From the human T2T-CHM13v2.0 reference genome, Homo sapiens, in NCBI RefSeq assembly GCF_009914755.1, contig NC_060930.1: a stretch of 64,000 nucleotides of DNA; one strand, written 5' to 3'. Of this stretch, positions 44,423 to 58,294 are shown piece after piece (position 1 is the stretch's first letter; the number at the start of each line of letters is the position of its first letter). The notes under the pieces are model-generated. The model was not told the DNA's origin and did not search any database. It saw only the letters and a program-made list of their open reading frames with translations. A program made the position numbers and the translations under genes.

Positions 44423-46942
44423 TATTTCACTGATATAACCCCAGTATCTAGGAACACGTCTAGCATATGGTGAGCACCCAACAAACACCTGTTGAGTGAG
44501 CTGAATGTCTATAACTTGAGGATGCTGAGATTTGGATAGGGGCTGTGTGATATTTTAATCCATGATTCCTAACCTTTTTTCAGTAGGGAGGCCGCTTTAA
44601 GCTCAAAACATTTCATAGATGCATATGTGATAATAGCTGTACTTGGAAAATACAGTTCTTTAAAATGAACTGTACTTTATTAATCCATATCCATTTGACA
44701 AATAGGATGTTACATTCTCTATTTGTATCAATTTATGCAATATACTGACACTACCTGATGCATTATGGATTCACAAAGTGTTTGCAGTTTGTGTCCATTC
44801 TAAGGACACAAGGGACCCATAGTCCACAGGTCAGATACCACTGTTTAAAACCATTCTCAACTATGAACAACTTAGTGCTTATTAAGTTATTGGCTTTTTT
44901 AATTATCAGAGAGCTAGACTCAAAGGTTTAGAAAGGTTGACAGTTACATTCTGAGTTGGGGAAAGTAGGAAAGAAAGGATTTAAGATGAGCATGGGTTTT
45001 GGTGCTAACAGAGATTATTTAAAATTTTCATTCTTACAAGAGCCATCTGGGTGACCAGGAAGTTACCTCTCTCTCTGCATTTGGGTCATGGAGATTGAAT
45101 GTGATGGTGACTGTGAGGTGCTTAGCAGAGTATCTGGGGCATCTAGCTGCTCAGCAAATGTTACCTCTCCCCAGAAAAGTCAGAGGGACAGGGTGGTGTC
45201 CAGGAGGGTCTGGCACCTGGGGAAGGCACTGAAACAGGAAAGAGGAACAGCTGAAAGTTAGGCTGAGGGTGTCCTGTGCCAGGAGTGGCAGGTGATCGTC
45301 GGTGGTTCAGGGAATTAGGGCTCTGGGGAGGTACAGAGGACCAATACTTTCCTGGTTTCTAGAAGAATCAACTTCAGGCAGAAAGACGTAGTCTCTGGAT
45401 GCATTTGCGATGGGCAAGGGGTACTGCTGTCCGGGCAAGTGGTAACCATGTGTTGGTTGTTGAGTGGCTGATGAGATGCAGTCCCCTAATGAGAGAAAGT
45501 CCTGTTTGAAGGCTCAAACTGAGATTCTAATTCTAATCAGCATTCTAATTCCAGTACATTTGGCAAAATGAAAACAGCTATGAAGAGAGCCAACAGAAAA
45601 GACAAGGGCTGCGTCCCTGTCCTTGCCTTTCAACTCTCCAGCTTCCAGAGATGCTTGGCCATTTCCATTGCATTTCCTTTCCTCCCTTCCTTTTTAGACT
45701 TGCCACGGAACATGATACCTGCCCACAGGCCTGTGCTCAAATCCTCTCACCCCGGGAGCAAACCCCTGACTGATGCCCATTCTCTTCCTGGCTCTATGCT
45801 GGCGTGTGTCATTTCAGACTGACTCTGTGGCAGGACCAATCACACAGACGCCAGCCGCAGGGATGACAGCGGGTCTGTTTTCAAGAGACTGGGCTGTGAG
45901 CAAGTCACAAACAAAACCAAAGTACACGACCCAGTGCCCCAGAGTACCACTTTTCACCTACTGATGGGTTTGGCCTCTATCCTCACTGTTTTTGTGGGTC
46001 AGCAGAGAAGTGTCCACTTATGTAGGATATAATTTTAAGAGCTCCAAAAGGCCCAACTACCCTTTGGCCTAAAATAGAAATTCTCTTGTAGGAGATAGGC
46101 CTTCGGCTCAAGAGGCTCCTGTCAAAAAGCAATAGCTCACTAGGTGGGGCAGCCTACTCTACCCACTACCAGGCAACCATACCCAAGCAGGCTTTCTTAG
46201 GGGGAAGGCAGGCATGGTAAAACCCATGTAACCCAGGACAGCTGCCTTCTATATGGAGGTAGGTACAGGAGAGATCTGTGGCTCTGCCTGGGAGAGATGG
46301 CCCAGGGGAGGAAGTTTCTAGTGGGAAGAGCAGTCTGGGGAAGCTGTAGTGAGAAATTCAGAGAGGTGATAAGACCTTAATCTCACTGAGTTCATGGTCT
46401 TGGTCAACTGAGAGTGGGTTCAAGGGTAGGTACACATTGATCCAAAATTTCCTGGCACGAATAATTCATTTGTCATTCTGCCAGTGCTCTCCTATTATTT
46501 GATGTTCTTCAAGGGAAGTGGAAATCATGCTTCCACCTTCTCTAACACAACCCATGCATCAGGAACAAGGCCTAATAATCCTCTGGAAATGCTCCAAGTT
46601 GGAGGGCAAGGAAGTCACTTTGCTCACTTGAACATTCATTAGGGGCTGGGGCGAGTCTGATGCATGCCATTTTCTCATGCTCTCCAGTGACGAAGGACCC
46701 AGCAACATGGTTTTGCTCTGTTCACCAGGGACATTAATTCAATGCAGAGAGCCTAACGAGGCTACGTCCTTCTCTGGTGCTGTAAAGTAGAATACTCTCA
46801 AAACAATGGTTGTTTCTGTACTTGAATTGGTTGATAAGAGGAAAGTAAATTCATCAAGCAATAAAAATATTTATAGTTCTCAATATTTCGTGTGTGCAAA
46901 ACTTTGTGCTATGTATGGTGGGGAAACAGAAGGAACATAAAT

Positions 46943-47074
46943 TGGGGAACCACATGCCCTACTTGTCTGGTGCAGTCCTGGCTTGCACCTGTTGTACTGG
47001 TATAATTCTTACTGGCTCCTCCTTTTAGTCTTGGGAGCACCCTGGCTCAGACAATAAGTGATATGTTCACCCTC
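46943..47074. mobile_element. MER94-like hAT-Blackjack element
   Basis: cagtcctggcttgcacctgttgtactggtataatt ... atatgttcaccct. Confidence 0.65.
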
Positions 47075-47094
47075 AACATAAAAATGCTATTAAA

Positions 47095-47400
47095 GCCTGG
47101 GTGAGGTGGCTCACGCCTGCAATCCCAGCACTTTGGGAGGCTGAGGCAGGTGGATCACCTGAGGTCAGGAGTTCAAGACCAGCCGGGCCAACACGGCAAA
47201 ACCCCATCTCTACTAAAAATACAAAAAAATTTAGCTGGGCATGGTGGTGCGTGCCTGTAGTCCCAGCTACTTGGGGGGCTGAGGCACGAGAATCATTTGA
47301 ACCCAGGCAGCAGAGGTGGTAGCGAGCTGAGATTGCGTCACTGCACTCACTCCAGCCTGGGTGACAGAGTGAGACTCCGTCTCAATTAAAAAATATATAT
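47095..47400 (+). mobile_element. AluS
   Basis: Full dimer; ggatcacctgaggtcaggagttc. Confidence 0.95.
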
Positions 47401-49429
47401 ATACTATTGGAGAGCTCACAATCTAGTTGGAAAAAACAAGCAACTCATGTTTTTGGAATAAGTGAAGTGAGATAAAGCTGGACTGCTGTTGAGGAGTGGC
47501 ATATTGATATCCATGGGTTTCCAAAGAGTGAACCAATATTCTATTCTCCTTTGCTCTTTAGGTACCTGTAGTATGAAGTGGGCACTCTCAGCAGTAGATC
47601 CAGATGGCACAGCTATGAGGCATCACATGCATCCATCCTGTTGGTGTATATTGGTGACACCCTCTGTAGACAACCCTAAGGTCTACGGTAGGAAGGATGC
47701 TCCCAGAGTGGTGCAATGCATCACCCTGGGTCTTGAGTTTGGAAGGGGCTGATGTCATTGTCTTATTCTAGTTGTTCACTCTCAGGTGGGAGCTGGCAGG
47801 TGGGAGCTGAGGTTGACGGACATGTCTTGTTTACCCTCATGTGCCTTGGGACAGGTTTATGCCATGGAGCAGTCCTCCATAAATGTGGGCTGAACCAAGA
47901 CACATTTAATGATCAACTCCTAATGTGAGCCCCTCAGAGACCTTTAATGAAGACAGTCTGACCCAGTGGTTCTCAACCATGGCTGGAGAGGCATTTAAGA
48001 GGATTCATGTGGGTGAGCTCCTCCTGGGTGTTGGCATCAGTATCCCTGTGGTGGAGCCTGGGCATGAGTGGGGTTCTAATATGTGGGCTGGAGTTGAAAC
48101 CTCTGGTCTTTCCTCTCCTGGACCTGTAGACTCTGTGGTGACGGGGAGGTCAGAACCTCCTTGCAGGCTGGTTCCATGTTGGATGGCTCTCATGGGGGGT
48201 TCGATGACTTCCATTTGCTGAGTTCGCTTCAGAGGTGCTGACTCTGGGTATAGAGAACAAATTCAGGCTATAGGGCCTCTGCTGTGGGCAGGTTGCAATA
48301 CTGGGAGTTGCTAATGAGAGGGGAGGGGCCTCTTTTTGGGAGAAGATGTGGCTGACAGCAGGAAGGGAATGGGATGTGGCTGTATTGTCTCCTTCAAAGT
48401 CCTCACTGAAGATCACCATCACCCGATTAAAATGTTTCCAGCTTGGGCCTCTCCAGCAGGGCCAAGGGCAGGCCAGAGGGGAGCCGTCTGGGAGTATGGG
48501 TCTCAGTCTTGGTCTCACACTTAGGCCTTCTGAGGATTGGTTGCAGAGAGATGAACCTTGGGACTAGCAAGGGTTATGAATCAGTTGAGAAAGAGAGCAG
48601 GGCTGGTGAAAAAAGGGAGAAGCGGAGACAAACAAGAGCATATCTGATTCCAGGAGAGGTCTTAGGGATACTAATAAAGGGAGGTTTCTCATATAAAGAC
48701 AAGTGGAATTTGATAAAGCCTTTTGCACAAGATGAGTGGCAGAATCCATAGGGGAGGAGTGGAGCGGACAGAGGGCAGGCAGAGGAGGTGCAGGGCACCC
48801 TTTAGATGGCATGAGGCACTGCATGCAGGCCCAGGCTCCTGCCTGACAGAGGGGTGTGTCTGGGCCTCAATAGTTCCTCTCCCCAGCCATGAGAATGAGG
48901 CTTCCAGATAGGTCCAGCGAGGCAATGACATGGTGGGGCAAGAAGGAAAATCTGAGAACCAGTCCCAGTGTTTTGATTAGCTTATAAAAATTTATTGCTC
49001 TAATTCCCAAAGTACCCAGGGAGCTGCTTCTCTCTACACTGTATCATTTTACTGGTGGGAAGCAAGAAACAGATGGTAAAAGCAGACGAATTTGGACTGA
49101 GGGATTTTGGTTCTCCCTAACCTGCTCCTAAAAGTTACCATCAAATCTTATATGCTGGCTTTTGTTCTTGAGCCAAACGATGTGTCCAATCCCTGTTCAG
49201 TCGCTTCTATTTGGATGGCCTTGGGCAAGTCTTCCCACCTCTGAGCCTTGATCTTCTCAGCAGTGGACGGCAGGTCTGTGTGAAGCGTGAAGACAATGTG
49301 TGTACCTGGCTCTGTGCCAGTCATGTTGTCAGCGCTCGGAGTCCTCCGAGCCAGTGGCTGTGAATATTGGCCTGAGTGATAATAGGAAGGGCTGTCTCAG
49401 TGCTCACCAGCATCAGGAGTCCTGCAGAG

Positions 49430-49600
49430 CAACATCCACATCGCAGCCCATTGTCCCATCAGCCCATTTCACAGATGAGGAAACTGCCATACAGAATGGC
49501 CCAGTGGAGTACAGAGAGGTTCTGTATCTTGCCAGTGTGTGGCAGAGCTGGGATCTGAACCCAGGTGGGCAGCTACAGACCCCATGCTTGCTATATAAAA
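49430..49600 (-). mobile_element. MIR (inside a predicted intron)
   Basis: cccatttcacagatgaggaaactg; ggcagagctgggatctgaacccagg. Confidence 0.75.
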
Positions 49601-51169
49601 TTTTTATCAAGGCTAGAAATAAATCCTATCCCTCCTTGCCCTGTAAAATTGTCACATTGACACAGTTTGCCATGGAGACCTAGTCCTCTCTATTGGACTG
49701 TCTGCTTTTCTGTGTGTGTGATGGTCCAGATACCCGGAATCCTTCAACTTCTCCACCGTGGTGCCCCTTGGCTCCTGCATGCCTTGCGTACATTGAGGCC
49801 CCCTGATTGCATCTTCTTAGCAAATCCTCCCGGCAGCTCTTCTTTGAATCACCCAACATGGCTTCCCTTCCTCAAGGGTCCTTTATTCTGGGGGAGATTA
49901 TTCCATGTAAAGGAGCCGTGTGGGTAGAAGCTCTGAGGCATCAGGGCCCTTTGGGGAATCTTTAAGTGTCTCCATGGGCTATGGTGATCCCGTTAGTCCT
50001 CATACCACCCTCACAAGAGCACCTCACACACCTGCCCTGGTTAGAAAGCCTTCTCCTCTACCTCTGGGCCTGCTTTTCAAGTGGGGTCAGGGAGACCAGG
50101 CCTTATTTTCCAGCCTCTCCTCTGGATGACAATGGGGGACCACTCAGTCTCCTGTGACTCTGTTTCCCTGGAATGGAATCAATGTAAGTGTGAGGTTAGG
50201 TGCTTACTGAGGAGGGCAGCTGAGATCATGGCAGGGGCTTCCTGGGGGAGAGGCGTTGTGTCCAGGTGGTTTCCAGGAGGAGGTGGGCTTACCAGGGGCA
50301 ACATGGAAGTAACCTGGAGACATGCTGGAGCCAAAGAGGGCTTGTTTCTAAAGGGGAGGAGGACTCTGACAGGGGAAAAAAGGCAGTCACGGCTCCCTCC
50401 TCACTCCTACTCCTGGGGTCAGCAAGCTGAGTGAGTCCAAACAACCCGGTCCATTCTGGCCAGCTCCTGTTGAAACTGGTCTCTGTGGGTTTCCTTCCTG
50501 GCTCCCCAGAGAGAACTCTGGCCTAGATGGCAAACGTGAACCTGTATGGAATGACAGTGCTCTCACCTTCCGATTCCTCTGAGAATCTTGGCCTCAGCGA
50601 AATAGGGTCTCACACCCTAGAGCTGAGGTCCCTAGATCCAAATTTTCCAGATTTCTGGTTGCCATTCCTCTACTTTGAGGCAGAAAAAGCTGTAGGTTCT
50701 GCAACTTCCAAAATGTCCACAGCCACCCCGCATCTTCTGTCTTGAATGAACACAAGAGTCAGAAGCAGTGGCCCTGGTCCCTTTATCTGGGCTGGGTGGG
50801 GCCCACATCCCTGGGGCACAGGCATCCTGGGTGGTGCCTCTGTGTCCCAATTTCCAAGAAAGTCTTGATTTCAAACAGTCGGCTGTGTTGGGAGACCACG
50901 TGTCAGGATAGTGCCAGACAAATGTGTTCTGATTTTTGTTTCAGAAAATATGGTCAGCATAATTGGGGAGAGAGAAATTGGAAAGGACAGTAATTGGAGC
51001 CCAGTTCTGAGTATGAGAAGGAGACCACAGAGAGGCTTCATTTCAGTTTGCTTAAGCAACAGTAGCTATCATAGCCGATCAGGGTGGAAGGCTGTCAGGG
51101 TCATCTGGTTCAGCCTCAGTCTTTCCATAACCATGTCCTGGCCATCCCACGGCATTTTGCACTGGCTCA

Positions 51170-51380
51170 AAGTCAGACAGATGTAGGTTTGAATCCTGGC
51201 CATCCACTTCCTAACAGTGACCTTGGGCAAGTTGCTTAACTTCAATCTCCACAATTGGTAAACCTGGAAAAAGAATGGTACCAATGCCAGAGGGTTGTTT
51301 TTAGGGCTAAATAAGAAAGTGAATGGAAACTAATTAGCCCAGCACCTGGCTCAAGGTGAAGCCTTCAATAATAGTGACCA
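51170..51380 (+). mobile_element. MIR
   Basis: ggtttgaatcctggc ... gtgaccttgggcaagttgcttaac. Confidence 0.8.
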
Positions 51381-51799
51381 TCCTCCTTCTCCTCCTCCTC
51401 ATGTGCCTGGCACTGTGTTGGGTGTGGGGGCATCAGACAGAACAAGACACAATCCCAGCCTGTAGTACACACTGCTCATTGCCTACGCTTTATCCAGTCC
51501 GTCTCCCTCCCTCCCTTTCTCCTTCCTGTTCTTTCTTCTTTCCATGATGAACCATGGGTTTATTCAGTATCCTTCTAAAAACTACATATACCCCCTTTTT
51601 TTTGGCTCGTAGAGGTGGCCATACAATACAGTTTGGGCCAATAAGATGTAGGTGGAAGTCATTGGGTGGGATCTACCAAGACTCTTCAAAAGGAGATGAT
51701 GCTAGAGGTAGGGTATTCACCTGTGACAATGACGAGACAAGCATGATAACAAAAGCCTTATGCTAAGGCACAGCAGCAAGAGAGAGGTGTCCTTAATGG

Positions 51800-52018
51800 C
51801 AGGAGACAGCAAAGTAGGACTCATAGGTCAGATTTTGCTTGTCATCTGATTTGTCAATAAAGCTTTATTGGAACACAGCCATGCCCATTCCTTTGTGTAT
51901 TATCTGTGGCTACTTTTGCACTACAATGGCAGAATGGAGTAATTGCAAAGAGAATGGGAACTTCCCAAAGCCTAAACTATTTACAATCTGGCCTTTTCAG
52001 AAAAAGTTGCTGACTCCC
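51800..52018. mobile_element. MER58A-like DNA transposon
   Basis: aataaagctttattggaacacagccatgcccatt; ctatttacaatctggccttttcagaaaaagttgctgac. Confidence 0.85.
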
Positions 52019-52599
52019 ACATAATGGGATTATTGTGTCCTGTACCAACTCTGAATTACTTATCCTAAGTGTCTTAGTGATAAAATCTAAATCTTACTTA
52101 AGGTATTTAACTTAGTGTTTTGCTTTCTGATTCTCCAATGTAATACTAAAATGTGCACTGCCCTACAAGGATTGCTTCTGGTTCTGCCCTGAGACTGCAA
52201 GTTTCTGCTTAAAGATGCAGTGGGGAGGGTGTTGGTGAAGGGTTACAGGTTGCAAGCAACAGAAACATACTCTAACTGATCTAAGCAGAAAGAAAGTTTT
52301 TTGGACAGACAAGGAAAGGTTTGAAAACTGGTCTGGGAAAGGGCAAGAACTAGGCAGCTTGGGGGGATAACAGAAACCAGTCTCTCCCTGAGGCTAGAGG
52401 TGGAATGAATCATAGGGCTCTTGGCTATGGGAGGGCAGCACCTTCGTAAATAGTCTCATCTGACAGTTCCATGGGGAGAAAGGTTCAGTCCCCAAAAGGA
52501 TGTCAGGTGCTACTGGAGTGCTGAGACCATGCAAGTTCATTACAGAGAGGAAAATACCTGCCTCCAAAGTAACCTAGGCAGCACTGTGCAAAGCCTGCT

Positions 52600-53050
52600 G
52601 GTTGCCCCCAGTCAGTTCTCCCCTCCTCTCCCAGGGTAACTTCAGGTTTTAGCAGGTTGCATGGCCACCCAGAATAAGGGTGAGTTTCCCGGTTTCCCTT
52701 GCAGCCTGGTGAGGGCATCTGATGAAGTTCTTGTCATTGGGATGAGAGCAAAAGTGGTATATGCATCATCTGGGATATAAACTTAAAGGCTGTGCCCTTC
52801 CCCTTGGCAGCAGCCTGGAATGTGGATGCAATGTTGCTCCATCTTGGAACATGTGGGCCACAGCAGCAACCTTGGGGAGGCAGAGCATCAGGGGAGAAGG
52901 AGCCTGGGTCTGTGACATCATGGAGTCATCAAACCAGCCCCGGCCTGCTCCCCTGCAGAAGCCATTTACCGTGACAGAAAGACACTTCTGTCAAAGCCAC
53001 TGTTCACTCTGGTCTCTGTTATCCACGGTTGAATCTATTCCTAAATGATA
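52600..53050 (+). mobile_element. MaLR LTR (MLT1J-like)
   Basis: gcagcctggaatgtggatg; gaaggagcctgggtc; aagccactg. Confidence 0.55.
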
Positions 53051-53501
53051 CAATGCAAAAAGCAATTACTTCCACTGAGCCGAGTGCTGAGCGCCTATAG
53101 CTCCCCACCTTAGTAGGTTCCCCTTGTGCCTATACACAACATTTCTAAATCCTCTTCCAAACACAGTCCATTGGTGGTTTCCCAACAAGCATGGCATCCC
53201 CCTAAGCCATATGCCCACAGCACATCATCTCTCAGCTCCCGATTCTCCACTGCTCTCTGTAGGACCTGCCACTCCCTATGACACCTGTGTTCCATCTGTT
53301 TTCCTCCTTTGAGGCCTCACACCATGTACACTCCAGGCCAAGCAGATTGGACACAGGCAGAATGTCACTTACTCTATTTCAGATTTTTCACTTCAAACTT
53401 TCACAACCAGCTTTTATAAGTGGTCAGTGAATCACTTCAGGTCAGCCCTGAATGCTGTCATTTGCAACTTTTCTTCAGCCCCAATAGAATATATAACATA
53501 T

Positions 53502-53993
53502 TGTATTCATTTTCTAAAGATGCTGCAACAAATTGCTACAAACGCAGTGGCTTAAATCACCACCATTTTATTGCATTATAGTTCTGGAGGTCATGTAGAC
53601 CAGAAATCGGTCTCACTGGGCTAAAATCAAAGTGACAGCAGGGCTGAGCTCCTTTCCAGAGGCTCTAGGGGGGAATCTATTCCTTGCCCTTTCCAGCTTC
53701 TAGAGGCACCCACATTCCTTGGCTCATCATCTTCTAACATCTTCAAAACCAGCCATAGTGGGCCAGGTCTTTTCACGCCGCCATCTATCTGGTTCTGAAT
53801 CCTCTTCTGCCTCCCTCTTCTACCCTGAAGGGCCCTTGTGCTAACACAAGGAGCTAATCCAGAGGGCGCCCATATGTTAAGGTCAGCTGATTAGCAACTT
53901 CGATTCCATTTGCAATCCTCATTCCCTTTTGCCATGTAGCATAACATATTCATGGGTTCTGTAGACTTCTTTGGGAGGCCTTTATTCTTCCTG
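53502..53993 (-). mobile_element. MaLR LTR (MLT1D-like)
   Basis: ggtctcactgggctaaaatcaaag; ttaaggtcagctgattagcaac. Confidence 0.8.
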
Positions 53994-53995
53994 AG

Positions 53996-54421
53996 GGATG
54001 TGGTTTAGATGTTTGTCCCCTCCAAATCTCATTTAGAAATGTGACATCCAATGTTGGAGGTGGGGCCTGGTGGGAGGTGTTGGATCATGGGGGCAGATCC
54101 CCGGATCCCTTGTGAATGGCTTTGCATCATCCGCTTGGTGATGAGTGAGTTCCTACTCAGTTCATGAGAGATCTAGTTGTTTACAAGAGTCTAGGACCTC
54201 TTCCTTCTCTCTTTCTTGCTCCATCTCACTGTGTGATGTGCCTGTTCCCACTTGGCCTTTCACCATGAGTAAAAGCCCCCTGAGGCCTCACCAGAAGCCG
54301 AGCGGATATTGGTGCTGTGCTTGTGCAGCCTGCAGAAGCCTGAGCCAATTAGACCTCTTTTCTTTATAAATTATCCAGTCTCAGGTAATCCTTTATAGCA
54401 ATGGAAGAATGAACTAACACA
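53996..54421 (+). mobile_element. MSTB solo LTR
   Basis: gtttgtcccctccaaatctcat ... tttataaattatccagtctcaggta ... actaacaca. Confidence 0.85.
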
Positions 54422-54560
54422 CTGACACAGATATTGATGATGGGGACAATGACTATTATTTATTGAGGCTTTCTGAAGGCCATGCACTGAACTAAGAACT
54501 TTATATGCAGTGTCTTATTTAACCCCATAGCAGCCCCAAGGTATAGATAATATTATCTCC

Positions 54561-55430
<870 letters not shown>

Positions 55431-56879
55431 ATCTCTATTTGAGAGAATTGGAGCTCAGAGAATTTAAGAAAACCACCAAGGTCAGAGAGCTAATAAATGG
55501 CAGAGCTGGGATTCCAACTAAAGTCTACCTCCAAATCTGCATTTTTAACCGTTACACTCTACTGCTTCCCAACTGACAAGCATGAATAATACATTCGATG
55601 TTATTTTTTATTGTGAGTACTTCATTTGTGCCTGATAGAAGGTTTTTTTTTTCCTGGCATTAGGAGATGAAATTATGACTTTTATCTGTGACAAGGTACC
55701 TCGCCTGTTCTGTACCATGTGGGGTGCTAATTCTTGGCATTTATGAACTTCTTCTGGGCTTTCCATTGTAAAGTGATGCTGTGTTTTTTAGTGCCGTGGC
55801 ACCAAAACTTAAATTCTGAAACAAGCTGGGTGTGTGACCAGTCTTAAGGTTAGAAATGTTCGTTGTTTCAACCAATCTTCAAATTCATGAAAGCTACAAA
55901 GCAGCAGCAATGGGTTCACTAAATGACTCCAGCATAAGCAGGCCCATGTTTTGATGGAGACTAGAGAAATACTGTTATTGCACTTAGGCACATGACAAAC
56001 GTGGGTCCTGTTGAAAGCAAGCCACCATTAATCAGTTGAAACATGTTACTAAACTTTTAGTAGTTTTTCATCTTTAGGAATTTTGTCTACCCCAGATATA
56101 AAAAATATAACTACTATCAACAACTTCTGCATTGAAAATGGATCCTGGTAGTTGAAAGCTGGGAGCCCCGACTCCTCCAGGGGTGCTCTAAGCTCACCTC
56201 TGCTCTCACAGCCTGCTGCTCTTCAGGAAAGTACAGATGTTCTGACGATCTTGGGTTCTTCTCTCTGTGGCATATGCCTTTCCTCTTTGCAGACTACTTC
56301 TATAGGCCCTTCTGATACCAACAGCATCTCACAGTCTTCTAAAAGGGAGGTTTGAATGAAGTTGTTGGGTCATCCTGAGTGATTTGTGGTTCACCTGTCG
56401 GGCTAATTATAAAGCAGGTGGTGGAGCAAAGTTGCTGGGCTCCTGGCTGTCAAGCCCTATTAGGCAATTAATTGGCACTCTGGGTAATGGTTAATTGTTG
56501 GTTTCCAGCTAATTCTCCTGGGCCTGAGGAAGGGGAAGGTTTTGGGTCAGAGGTAGCTTACGTGGAGTCTTCTGTATCCAAGGCAGATCAGGCTAAACAC
56601 TAGAGTAAGATTTTCCTGCTGCTGGGTGGTCAGTCTTTGATCAGAAAATCCCAGAATTCTTAGCAGAGAAATGGACTTCCACCACCCCAAGGAACTGAGG
56701 ATGGGAGCTGCTTCCAGTGTTTACAAATTTACAGAGGAGGAAGACAGGAAGAGTGAATTCTCACCCTGGCTTTGACACCAGATATTTGTGTGGCTTCAGG
56801 CAAGTCATTCTACCCCATGAGCTTAGTCTTCTGGTGTACAATGTGGATAAGCTCTGTAGGGAGAATCTGTAGAGCTAAT

Positions 56880-57770
56880 GTGCCCATATTTGTTCTCTAT
56901 TACTGCATAACAAGACCCCACATACTTAGTGGCTTACAAAACACATTTATAATATCAGTTTTTGTGGGTCAGGAGTCTGGACATGACTTGGCTAAGTCCT
57001 CTGCAAAATTTCACAAGGCTGCAATCAGGATATTGGCTGGGGCTCAGTCTCACCTGAGGCTTGTTTGGGGAAGGATCACTTTCATTCAGCTCCTTGCAGC
57101 TATAGGAGTGAAGTTTTCAGCTTCTTGCTGGCTGTTAGCTGCAATCTATCCTCAGTTCCTAGAGGTCACTCTCAGTTCCCTGCCACATGGGCCTTCCAAC
57201 ATAGGCAGCCCACAACATGGCAGCTTGCTTCTTCAAAGCTGGCAAGGAAGTGAGAGACTCCAGCAAGACAGCTGTTACAGTTTTATGTAATGTAACTCTC
57301 GTAATCACGTACATGTAACCAAAACAAGCTATCATGTTTACTGTATTCTACTAGTTAGAAGCAAGTCGGCCGGGTGTGGTGGCTCACACCTGTAATCCCA
57401 GCACTTTGGGAGGCTGAGGCAGGTGGATCACCTGAGGCCGGGAGCTCGAGACCAGCCTGACCAACATGGGGAAACCCCGTCTCTACTAAAAGTACAAAAT
57501 TAGCTGGGCATGGTGGCGCACCCTGTAATCCCAGCTACTCGGGAGGCTGAGGAGAAGAATCTCCTGAACCCAAGAGGTGGAGGTTGCAGTCAGCCGAGAT
57601 CACACCATTGCACTCCAGCCTGAGCAACAAGAGCAAAACTCCATCTCAAAAAAAAAAAAAAAAAAAAGAAGCAAGTCACAGGTCCCACACTGAAGGCGTG
57701 GAGGTCACCCAAGAACATGAATACCAGGAGGCAGCAGGCACGTGGACCACCTTATGAGTCTGTTCTCCAT
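56880..57770 (-). mobile_element. MaLR LTR (MLT1F-like) interrupted by an Alu
   Basis: tttgtgggtcaggagtctgg; cacaaggctgcaatcagg; catgaataccaggaggc. Confidence 0.75.
57368..57666 (+). mobile_element. AluS (Sp-like)
   Basis: cctgaccaacatgg; exact TSD agaagcaagtc at 57357-57367 and 57667-57677. Confidence 0.95.
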
Positions 57771-58294
57771 AGCCCCCAATCCTCTCCAAGCCAGGAAGTG
57801 CGTTCAAACACTGAACACCATTTCTTCCTGATGAAATCAAAGCCTGATCCTTCTCATCATCAGGCCCTCCAGGGACATGGTCAATAGTTACCATGGCCCA
57901 TTCACTTGTTCATTTGCTGACCAGTTTAGCACTTACTGTGTGCCAGGCTGTGAGTAAGGCACCAATCCTAAATCCTTTTTTCCTACCTTCTCTTTCCTAA
58001 ACTGAATGTCAGACAGAGTTGAGGAGCATATAGATCTAAGAACATGGGGACACAGTGAGAAATGTATCTTTTGGAAACAGAAACTATAATTACATGTATG
58101 TGATGGTTCATCTCGAGAAAATGTTCTCAGGAACAGCCCACCTTAAGATATGAATCAGGATTTGAGACCACTTTAGAACATTAGAAGAAGTCACAATTTA
58201 AAATGTGATTATTTTAAGATAAACTGTGGTTTACCTCATATTAATTAAATAGACTCAAGTGAAGTTATAGATTTTGATTATTTGTGGTAAGGAT

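Noticed and set aside
56772-57290. 172-aa ORF on the plus strand
   Set aside because: It lies across MIR and MLT1F LTR sequence, has a non-ATG start and shows no protein family features.
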